Shown here in pieces: positions 53,590-64,000 of a stretch of 64,000 bases of DNA. The stretch lies in contig NC_086097.1 in assembly GCF_963921235.1 (NCBI RefSeq), positions 188,730,001-188,794,000 of the forward strand, given 5' to 3'. The position numbers were made by a program, and so were the translations under genes. Under the pieces are notes generated by a model, which was given only the letters and a program-made list of their open reading frames with translations, did not search any database and had not been told where the DNA came from. This stretch comes from Mobula hypostoma (lineage: Eukaryota). Within the stretch, counting starts at the first letter, position 1, and each line of letters opens with the position of its first letter.

Positions 53590-54695
53590 AGTATTACAGA
53601 ACCGTATCACAGGAAGTTACTGGCATGTTTAGAGCATTGGCTGATTGGTAGCAGACAGAGTGGGAATAAAAGGATCCTTTTCTGGTTGGCTGCCAGTGAC
53701 TAGTGGTGTTCCGCACGGGTCCGTGCTGGGACCGCTTTTTTTAATGCTGTGCAGTATACAGGTATCAATGATTTAGATGATGGAATAGATGGCTTTGTTA
53801 CCAAGTTTGCAAATGATATGAAGATTGGTGGAGGGGCGGGTAGTGTTGACAAAACAGGTACGCTGCAGAAGAACTAAGACTGATTTAGAAAATGGGCAAA
53901 AAAGTGGCAAATGAAATACAATATTGGAAAATGCATGGTCATGTATTTTAATAGAAGAAATAAATATGCAGACTATTTTCAAAATGGGGAGAAAATTCAA
54001 AAACCTGTGATGCAAAGGTATTTGGGAATCCTTGTGCAGAATAACTTAAAGGTTAATATGCAGGCTGAGTCGTCGGTGAGGAAAGCAAAAGCAGTGTTAG
54101 CATTCATTTCAAGAGGTCTAGAATACAAGAGCAGGGACGTGATGCTGAGCCACTAATGAGGGCTCACCTTGAGTATTGTGAACAGTTTTGGGCTCCTTAT
54201 CCAAGAAAAATTGTGGTATTGGAGAGGGTTCAGAGGAGGTTAACAAGGATGATTTTGGGAATGAAAGAGTTCTCATACAAGGAACTTTTGATAGTTCTGG
54301 GTCTGTACTTGCTGGAATTTAGAAGGATGGGAGGGAGAGAGGAATCCCATTGAAACCTTTTGAATGTTGAAAGACCTAAACATGGTAGATGTGAAAATGA
54401 TGTTTCCCATGGTGGGGGAGTGTAGGACAAGTGGACACAGTCTCAGGATAGAGGGGCATCTATTTAAAACAGAGAAGCGAAGAAATTTCTCTAGCCAGAG
54501 CGTGGTGAACTTATCACAGCCAGCTGTGGAGGCCAAGTCATTGGGTGTATGTAAGAAAGAGCTTGATTGGACATAACATCAAATGTTATGGGGAGAAGGC
54601 TGGGGAGTGGGAAGGAAAAGGATCAGCCATGATTGAATTGTGGAGCAGACTCGATATGCCAAATGGCTTAATTCTTCTATGTCTTATGGTCTTAT
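53590..54695 (+). mobile_element. Decayed CR1 LINE 3' fragment
   Basis: [32 protein letters not shown]; tcttatggtctt tail. Confidence 0.9.
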
Positions 54696-57600
54696 TAATT
54701 TCTTGCAGGAAGCACAATACAGTTTTCTCTCTCAGAATGGATTTCAGAAATCTATGATAGATGTGAGGCTGTCTTCATATCTCAACAAATGGTATTTATA
54801 TAGTATCTTTCAAGTTGATTGTTATTGACTAAAACATTTTATATAAAGGACAAAGATATCAATTAGAACAGGATATCAAAAGCTTGGTCAAGTTTGGTTA
54901 AGTTACAAATAGAAGCTGTAAAATGCAGGTCAGAGCTACAGCAAATTCCCAGCATCTGATGTAGAATTAGTTGAGAGAGAAAAACTGAATTAATGTCATA
55001 GATGGATGAATATAGTAGAACTAGACCATTCTGATGCAATGTTGAGACTAAACCCAAGAAGATGATCTGAGAACTATAAGGAAATAGGCATCAATAACAA
55101 TATTAAATGAAGGGAGGCACAGAAATTCAGGAAGGGACTTTCAGACCTCAAGGCCTAGACTAAAGGAAGCAAAATCACCAGTGGTAAAATGGAGAAAAAC
55201 AATATGCTCTAGATCCTCATACTTCAATCCCACTGGGATGTGAAACCCCTCCTATATTTCTGTAGTTTTCCAACTGCATTTTGAACAAATAAAATCAGTC
55301 TCATTAACTTTTGTTTGATTAGAGCCTGCTCCCATTGTATATGCTCCTATCTTGTAGTGCTCTTATGGACATTCAGATAATAGATTTATCATTATTTAGA
55401 GTGTTGTCTATTGAATTGTTGAGTGTTTCCATCAGGGTTTAAACCTTTAAGACTTTCATAGAACAGGATTGATTAAAAAAATTCTGGATAGAAGAAGAAA
55501 TGTTCTGGCTTAAATTGTTTTAAGTTTAGATAAAATCATTTTATCGCAATAAAATATTAATTACTACACCAATTTATTTCTATATAGAAGGCTCAAAAAT
55601 AGTAATGAATTGTCTGTATGTTTTAAGAAATGATTGAAAGAAAAATACTGAATGAACATTTTGTTTACACTGTTTGTCATTTGAAAGGATGAAGTCCCCC
55701 AATACCATACTTTAATGAAAATTTATCCAGAGTCATGGAGTTCAATCAATAACCTATGCAATGAATGAATAGCTGTAATACTTTAAATAAAATTATAACA
55801 TAGAAGTAGACAACATGCATGCGCCAGGTTTTTGCTAAAACTGAATTCACTGTCTCATGGTCTCCTCTGCGCTAAACAGTTAGAAACACACACAGGAGGT
55901 GGAGGAATTAAATGAGTCAACCAGCATCTATGGAGGGAAATGGCTCCAATAGCTATCCAATTTCACTTGAAGATGCATAACTCTTAGCCTTAGCCTCTCA
56001 TTGTAGCAAAACAAAATATGCTGCCACAATTATTGTGCAAATCCCTAATGATTTTATATTGGTTTGTTATATGCAGCTAAAATAAATCATTTCATTTTTT
56101 TCTATCAAAATTCATATTAATTTTTAAAAGCCTTTAATAAATCTGTCTTTTCTGCTCCAGTAGAAAGAATCTCTCTTCATAACTATAGTTTTATATTAAT
56201 ATCATAGGTTCTAAGAATGTAATACTATCTAAATTGATTCATCCGTAATTTTATTGTGTTTGGAGTTGAAACCACAAACTACATTATTCATTAATAATTT
56301 TGAGATGATAACTAACAGACATAGGCAGAACTACATCATAATACATTAAATTTAATATTTGGGAAGTCCTTATAAACCTACTGTATAAATCAGTGCTGTC
56401 AGGCCCTGGAATATCTTATCAACTGTTGTTTGATTAGTCTTATTGTTGAACAAAGCCAGAAAACTATCAGTAAGCACAATAATAAATAACTCTCCCCAGT
56501 TTGACTAGATTGTTGTTGTATTGAAAAATTCCTCATTATGTTAAAAATGGACCAAACGACATTGTCAGGTAGCTCCCAGATCTACAAAGCTCTAGAACCT
56601 AGTTCCAATAACAAAATTTCTTCACAGTGCTGCCATTGGCACAGAATCACCTCTGCAAATAAATTACACGCCTTCCCTACAAAAAGCTAACCACCTTCAT
56701 GTCCACAAATGACATCCAGATTACACTATTTATTGCTAGTATCCTCCACTTACAAATAGTAAAGAATAATTTTTTAAAAAGGCAAATAACTGGAAAATAG
56801 AAACAAAAGTAGACCACTTAATTACATGAGTCTATTCTGTCATTAATTTATATAATGTCTGATCTCCATGTACCCAATTATTCAAAATTCCTAGCAAAAA
56901 CCTGTCTCAGTTTTCCTCACCAGTGCTTTATAAAGTATCAACATTACATCTTTGCTTTTATATTCTAGTTCTCTTGAAATGAATGCTAACATTGCATTTG
57001 CTTTCCTTACCACAGACTCCACCTGCAAATTAAACTTTAGGGAATCCTACAGAAGGATTCCCAAATCCCTTTGTGCCTCAGACTTTTGTATTTTCTCTCC
57101 ATTTAGAAAGTAGTCTAAATATTCTGGGGTCATTGTGGCAGCAATATACATACCATCTCAGGCCAATGTCAATCAAGCTTCAGACACCTTATACTTTTAT
57201 TGTCACCAAACAATTGATACTAGAACGTACAATCATCACAGCGATATTTGATTCTGCGCTTCCCACTCCCTGGATTACAAATATTAAAAATAGTTAAAAT
57301 TAGTAAATATTAAAAATTTAAATTATAAATCATAAATAGAAAATCGAAAAGTGGGAAGTAAGGTAGTGCAAAACAACCGAGAGTCAGGTTTGGATATTTG
57401 GAGGGGACGGCCCAGATCTGGGTCAGGATCCATTCAGCAGTCTTATCACAGTTGGAAAGAAACTGTTCCCAAATCTGGCAGTACGAGTCTTCAAGCTCCT
57501 GAACCTTCTCCTGGAGGGAAGAGGGACAAAAAGTGTATTGGCTGGGTGGGTCGTGTCCTTGATTATTCTGGCAGCACTGCTCCGACAGCGTGCGGTGTAA

Positions 57601-57919
57601 AGTGAGTCCATGGACAGAAGATTGGTTTGTGTGATGTGCTGCGTCGTGTTCACGATCTTCTGCAACTTCTTTCGGCCTTGGACAGGACAACTTCCATACC
57701 AGGTTGTGATGCACCCTAGAAGAATGCTTTCTACAGTGCATCTATAAAAATTAGTCAGGGTTTTAGGGGACAGGCCAAATTTCTTTAGTTTTCTCAGGAA
57801 GTAAAGGCGCTGGTGGGCCTTCTTGGCAGTGAATTCGACTCATAAGGGAGAATGAGGCAGTCATAGATGAGAGCTACAGGGAGGTAGTCACACCTAGGCT
57901 GTCAGAAGCAGGTCAATGG

Positions 57920-58624
57920 GTGACAGTCAGAGGGCGGGAAGCGAAGGTGAGCAGACAGGTAGTGCAGAGCACCCCTGTAGCCATTCCCCTGAATAATAAG
58001 TTTACCGTCCTGGATACTGTTAGCGGGGACGACCGACCAGGTGTGAGCCACGGTGGCAGGGCCTCCGGCACTGAGTCTGACCTGGTGGTGCAGAAGGGTG
58101 GGACGGAGAAGAGGAGAGCTGTCATCATTGGAAACTCTATAGTCAGGGGAGCAGACAAGAGATTTTGTGGACGTGAGAAGGACACCTGTATGGTTTGTTG
58201 CCTCCCGGGTGCCAGGGTCCGGGATGTCTCTGACCGGGTGCACGACATCCTGGTACGAGAGGAAAAGCAACCAGAAGTCGTGATACATGTTGGGACCAAC
58301 GACATAGGCAGGAAGAGGGATGAGGTCCTGAAGTGTGAGTTTCGGGAACTAGGCAGAAGGCTGAAGAACAGGACCTCAAGGGTGGCGTTCTCAGGATTGC
58401 TGCCAGTGCTACGTGACAGTGATGGTAAGAATTGGAGGAGATGGCAGTTGAATGCGTGGCTGAGGAGTTGGTGCAGGGAGCAGAGTTTTAGATTTTTGGG
58501 TCATTGGGATCTCTTCTGGGGAAGGTGGGACCTGTACAGATTGGATGGGTTGCACTTGAACTCGAGGGGGAGCAATATTCTTGCAGGTAGGTTCGCTGGC
58601 ATGGTTCGGGAGGGTTTAAACTAA
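57920..58624 (+). pseudogene. CR1 ORF1 (SGNH esterase domain), N-terminally truncated
   Basis: IIGNSIVRG, CLPGARV, HVGTND, DGLHLN. Confidence 0.9.
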
Positions 58625-61537
58625 TTTGCAAGGGAGATGGGACCCAGAGCGATAGAGCAGTGAAAAAAGTGCGTGGAGTAAAGCCAGATCTAACATATAG
58701 AGAGGCTTTGAGGAAAGAGAAGCAGAATAAACGGTGTAAAGACAGCAAGGTAGAAGGGCTGAAATGTGTGTACCTCAATGCAAGAAGCATCAGGAACAAA
58801 GGTGATGAACTGAGAGCTTGGATACATACGTGGAATTATGATGTAGTGGCCATTACAGAGACTTGGCTGGCACCAGGGCAGGAATGGACTCTCAATATTC
58901 CTGGATTTCAGTGCTTTAAAAGGGATAGAGAGGGGGGGAAAGGGGAGGAGGGGTGGCATTACTGGTCAGGGATACTACCACAGCTACAGAAAGGGTGGGT
59001 AATGTAGCAGGATCCTCTTTTGAGTCAGTCTGGGTGGAAGTCAGGAACAGGAAGGGAGCAGTTACTCTATTGGGGGTATTCTATAGGCCCCCTGGTAGTA
59101 GCAGAGATACAGAGGAGCAGATTGAAAGGCAGATTTTGGAAAGGTGCAAAAATAAGAGGGTTGTTATCATGGGTGATTTTAACTTCCCTAATATTGATTG
59201 GCACCTGATTAGTTCCAAGAGTTTAGATGGGGCAGAGTTTGTTAAGTGTGTCCAGGACAGATTCCTGTCACAGTATGTGGACAGGCCGACCAGGGGGAAT
59301 GCCATACTAGATCTAGTACTAGGTAATGAACCGGATCAGGTCACAGATCTCTCAGCATCTGGGGGACAGTGACCACCACTCACTGGCCTTTAGCATTATC
59401 ATGGAAAAGGATAGAATCAGAGAGGACAGGAAAATTTTTAATTGGGGAAGGGCAAACTATGAGGCTATTAGGCTAGAACTTGTGGGTGTGAATTGGGATG
59501 ATGTTTTTGCAGGGAAATGTACTATGGACATGTGGTTGATGTTTAGAGATCTCTTGCAGGATGTGAGGGATAAATTTGTCCCGGTGAGGAAGATAAAGAA
59601 TGGTAGGGTGAAGGAACCATGGGTGACAAGTGAGGTGGAAAATCTAGTCAGGTGGAAGAAGGCAGCATACATGAGGTTTAGGAAGCAAGGATCAGATGGG
59701 TCTATTGAGGAATATAGGGAAGCAAGAAAGGAGCTTAAGTGGCTGAGAAGAGCAAGAAGGGGGCATGAGAAGGCCTTGGCGAGTAGGGTAAAGGAAAACC
59801 AAGGCATTCTTCAATTATGTGAAGAAAAAAAGGATGACAGGAGTGAAGGTAGGACCGATTAGAGATAAAGGTGGGAAGATGTGCCTGGAGGCTGTGGAAG
59901 TGAGCGAGGTCTTCAATGAATACTTCTCTTCGGTATTCACCAATGAGAGGGAACTTGATGAAGGTGAAGACAATATGACTGAGGTTGATGTTCTGGAACA
60001 TGTTGATATTAAGGGAGAGGAGGTGTTGGAGTTGTTAAAATACATTAGGATGGATAAGTCCCTGGGACCTGACAGAATATTCCCCAGGCTGCTCCACGAG
60101 GCGAGGGAAGAGATTGCTGAGCCTCTGGCTAGGATCTTTACGGCCTCGTTGTCCACGGGAATGGTACTGGAGGATTGGAGGGAAGCGAATGTTGTCCCCT
60201 TGTTCAAAAAAGGTAGTAGGGATAGTCCGGGTAATTATAGATCAGTGAGCCTTACATCTGTGGTGGGAAAGCTGTTGGAAAAGATTCTTAGAGATAGGAT
60301 CTATAGGCATTTAGAGAATCATGGTCTGATCAGGGACAGTCAGCATGGCTTTGTGAAGGGCAGATCGTGTCTAACAAGCCTGATAGAGTTCTTTGAGGAG
60401 GTGACCAGGCATATAGATGAGGGTAGTGCAGTGGATGTGATCTACTTGGATTTTAGTAAGGCATTTGACAAGGTTCCACACGGTAGGCTTATTCAGAAAG
60501 TTAGAAGGCATGGGATCCAGGGAAGTTTGGCCAGGTGGATTCAGAATTGGCTTGCCTGCAGAAGGCAGAGGGTGGTGATGGAGGGAGTAAATTCAGATTG
60601 GAGGATTGTAACTAGCGGTGTCCCACAAGGATCTGTTCTGGGACCTCTACTTTTCGTGATTTTTATTAACGACCTGGATGTGGGGGTAGAAGGGTGGGTT
60701 GGCAAGTTTGCAGACGACACAAAGGTTGGTGGTGTCATAGATAGTGTAGAGGATTGTCAAAGATTGCAGAGAGACATTGATAGGATGCACGAGTGGGCTG
60801 AGAAGTGGCAGATGGAGTTCAGCCCGGAGAAGTGTGAGGTGGTACACTTTGGAAGGACAAACTCCAAGGCAGAGTACAAAGTAAATGGCAGGATACTTGG
60901 TAGTGTGGAGGAGCAGAGGGATCTGGGGGTACATGTCCACAGATCCCTGAAAGTTGTCTCACAGGTGGATAGGGTAGTTAAGAAAGCTTATGGGGTGTTA
61001 GCTTTCATAAGTCGAGAGATAGAGTTTAAGAGTCGTGATGTATTGATGCAGCTCTATAAAACTCTGGTTAGGCCACACTTGGAGTACCGTGTCCAGTTCT
61101 GGTCGCCTCACTATAGGAAGGATGTGGAAGCATTGGAAAGGGTACAGAGGAGATTTACCAGGATGCTGCCTGGTTTAGAGAGTATGCATTATGATCAGAG
61201 ATTAAGGGAGCTAGGACTTTACTCATTGGAGAGAAGGAGGATGAGAGGAGACATGATAGAGGTGTACAAGATAATAAGAGGAACAGATAGAGTGGATAGC
61301 CAGCGCCTCTTCCCCAGGGCACCACTGCTCAATACAAGAGGACATGGCTTTAAGGTAAGGGGTGGGAAGTTCAAGGGGGATATTAGAGGAAGGTTTTTTA
61401 CTCAGAGAGTGGTTGGTGCGTGGAATGCACTGCCTAAGTCAGTGGTGAAGGCAGATACACTAGTGAAGTTTAAGAGACTACTGGACAGGTATATGGAGGA
61501 ATTTAAGTTGGGGGCTTATATGGGAGGCAGGGTTTGA
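58621..61537 (+). pseudogene. CR1 ORF2 (APE endonuclease + reverse transcriptase); frameshifts in the 5' part, 572-aa RT portion open (59819-61537)
   Basis: [57 protein letters not shown]. Confidence 0.93.
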
Positions 61538-61899
61538 AGGTCAGCACAACATTGTGGGCCGAAGGGCCTGTACTGTGCTGTACTATTCTATGTTCTATGA
61601 ATTCTGCTTGGTTGGACCAAGTCAGGTCATTTGTGATATTGACCCCGAGGAACTTAAAGCTTTTGACCTGTTCCACTTGCGCACCACCGATGTAAATTGG
61701 GTCGTGCGGTGCGCTACTCCTTCTGAAGTCAACAACCAATTCCTTTGTCTTGCTGACGTTGAGGGATAGGTTATTGTTTTCGCACCAGACAACTAGAGAA
61801 TTTCCTCTCTGTACTCAAACTCATCATTACCCGAGATACAGCCTACAATTGTGTCATCAGCAAACTTGTATATTGGGTTATATTGATTATATATTGATG

Positions 61900-64000
61900 A
61901 TCTGGGGAATGGGATCAACACACACGAGACAGCACATCCTAACACCTTCACCATCGTTTTTGGGAAATTTTAACCAGGCCCGTCTGAAAAAAAAAATCAC
62001 TAAGCAATTACCATCAACAACAACAGGAATTCTGCAGATGCTGGAAATTTAAAAACCAATTACCATCAACAGATCACTTGCAATACTAAAGGAAACAACA
62101 CACTGGACCATTGCTACACCACCACCAAGAATGCCTACCGTGCTATTCCACACCCTTACTTTGGGAAGTCTGATCACCAGGCTGTACTTCTACTCCCTGA
62201 ATATAGACAGAGACTGAAGGCTGCAGCAGCAGTGGTGAGGACCAAGAAGGTATGGACAAGGGAAGAACAGGAGCGCCTACAGGAATGCTTTGAATTGGTG
62301 CACTGGACTCTGTTCAGGAATTCATCTTCAATCCTGGTTGAGTTTGCTTCAGTTGTTGCTGACTTCATTAAAACCTGTGTGGATGAGTGTGTGCCTACAA
62401 AGACTTACTGTATATTTCCAAACCAAAAGCCATGGATAAACCAGGATGTACATCGTCTGCTGAAGGCTAGTTCTGTGGCATTCAAGTCTGGTGACCCAGG
62501 CCTGTGCCTGAAAACCAGGTATGATTTGTGGAGGGCTATTTTAAGGGCAAAGAGACTATTTTGAATGCGGTTGGAGGGCATCGGATGCATGACTACTCTG
62601 GCAGGGTTTGCAAGACATTACTTCCTACAAAGCAAAACCCAATAGCATCAATGGCAGCGATACTTCACCATCAGATGAATTCAATGCCTTCTATGCCCAC
62701 TTTCAAAGGGAGAACACAGCTACAGCTGGGAAGATCCCTGCTGCACCTGATGACCCTGTGATCTCCACCTCAGAGGTCAATGTTAAGCTGTCTATAAAGA
62801 GAGTGAACCCTCGCAAGGCAGAAGGTCCCATTGGAGTACCTGGTAAGACTGTGAAAATCTGTGCCAACCAACTGCCGGGAGTATTCAAGGATATTTTCAA
62901 CCTCTCAATGCTATGGATGGAAGTTCCCACTTGCTTCAAAAAGGCAACAGTTATATCAGTGCTTAAGAAGAATAACATGAGCTGCCTTAATGACAATCAC
63001 CTGGTAGCACTCACATTGACAGTGATGAAATGCTTTGAAAGGTTGGTCATGACTAAACTGAACTCCTGCATCAGCAAGGACCTGGACCCATTGTAATTTG
63101 CCTATCGCCACAATAGGTCAACGGCAGATGCAATCTCAATGGCTCTTCACACAGCTTTAGACCACCTGGATAACACAAACACCTATGTCAGGAGGCTGTT
63201 CATTGACTATAGATCAGCATTTAATACCATCATTCCCGCAATCCTGATTGAGAAGTTGCATAAATTGGGCCTCTGTATCTCCCTCTGCAATTGGCTCCTC
63301 GACTTCCTAACCGGAAGACCACAATCTGAGTGGATTGGTGTTAATATCTCTTTGCTGATGATCAACACTGGTGCACCTCAGGGGTGTGTGCTTAGCCCGC
63401 TGCTCTACTTCCTATATACCCACGACTGTGTGGCTAGGCATAGTCCAAATACCATCTATAAATTTGCTCTACCATTGTTGGTAGAATCTCAGATGGAAAT
63501 GAGAGGGCATACAAGAGTGAGGTACGTCAACTAGTGGAGTGGTGTCACAGCAATAACCTGGCACTCAACGTCAGTAAGACAAAAGAGCTGATTGTGGACT
63601 TCCAGAAGGGTAAGACGAAGGAACACATACTAATCTTCATAGAGGGATCAGAAGTGGAGAGAGTGAGCAGTTTCAAGTTCCTGGGTGTCAAGATCTCTAA
63701 GGATCTAACTTGGTCCCAACAAATCAATGCAGTTATAAAGAAGGCAAGATGGCAGCTATACTTCATGGAGTTTGAATGGATTTGGTACGTCAACAAATAC
63801 ACTCAAAAACTACTATAGATGTACCATGGAGAGCATTCTGACAGGCTGTATCACTGTCTGGTATGGGTGGTGTACTGTATAAGACCAAAAGCTGTAGAGG
63901 GTTGTAAATTTAGTGGGCTCCATCTTGGGCTCTACAAAGTACCCAGGACATCTTCAAGGAACAGTGTCTTAGAAAAGCAGCATCCATTATTAAGGACCTC
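61900..64000 (+). mobile_element. Decayed Rex1/Babar-like LINE (endonuclease end + RT), runs off the window
   Basis: [68 protein letters not shown]. Confidence 0.9.
62020..62056 (-). mobile_element. 37-bp Penelope-terminus micro-insertion
   Basis: Perfect 15-bp TSD caattaccatcaaca (62005-62019, 62057-62071); core tctgcagatgctggaaat shared with 4329-4346. Confidence 0.8.

Larger units (their letters stand above)
57837..61597 (+). mobile_element. Near full-length young CR1 LINE (truncated within ORF1)
   Basis: 7-bp TSD tgaattc at 57830-57836 and 61598-61604; TTCTATG tail; ORF1 and ORF2 present. Confidence 0.95.
57189..61790 (-). mobile_element. Rex1/Babar-like LINE 3' part split by CR1 (57189-57836 and 61598-61790)
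   Basis: VVDFRR..FKFLGVNITNDLTWSNQAEF | TAKKAHQRLYFLRKL ... RFGNSFFPTVIRLLN. Confidence 0.88.

Noticed and set aside
57920..58624. SGNH hydrolase as a horizontally acquired bacterial gene
   Set aside because: It is the known esterase domain of CR1 ORF1 and lies inside a TSD-flanked LINE
59819..61537. 572-aa ORF as an active or domesticated RT gene
   Set aside because: It is the 3' part of a frameshifted CR1 ORF2; its openness is explained by young age
1..64000. CRISPR arrays, operons or prokaryotic defence systems
   Set aside because: No repeat-spacer array; the sequence is repeat-rich vertebrate DNA, and most short ORFs in the track are antisense or off-frame shadows of transposons

Overview
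Vertebrate genomic DNA, not prokaryotic. It is most likely a cartilaginous fish (ray/shark), inferred from the repeat repertoire. Most of the window is transposon-derived: CR1 LINEs (two near-complete copies with esterase ORF1), Rex1/Babar-like LINEs, Penelope-like elements (PLEs), Tigger/pogo, Tc1/mariner, decayed Gypsy and BEL/Pao LTR elements, a solo LTR and SINEs, often nested with readable target-site duplications (TSDs). A CpG island at ~52.3-53.0 kb appears to start an unidentified minus-strand host gene with small candidate exons at 52718, 45992, 35374, 23935 and 9881; the first three splice in one open frame. Highlights: (1) minimal hammerhead ribozymes in PLE termini, two with intact cores, carried also by short fold-back non-autonomous insertions with 10-16 bp TSDs; (2) an in-phase U_UUA_AAC slippery heptamer at the CR1 ORF1 stop that would feed an AUG-less ORF2 by -1 frameshifting; (3) templated-insertion scars at element junctions. 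Family names come from motif recognition by eye, and boundaries without TSDs are approximate.
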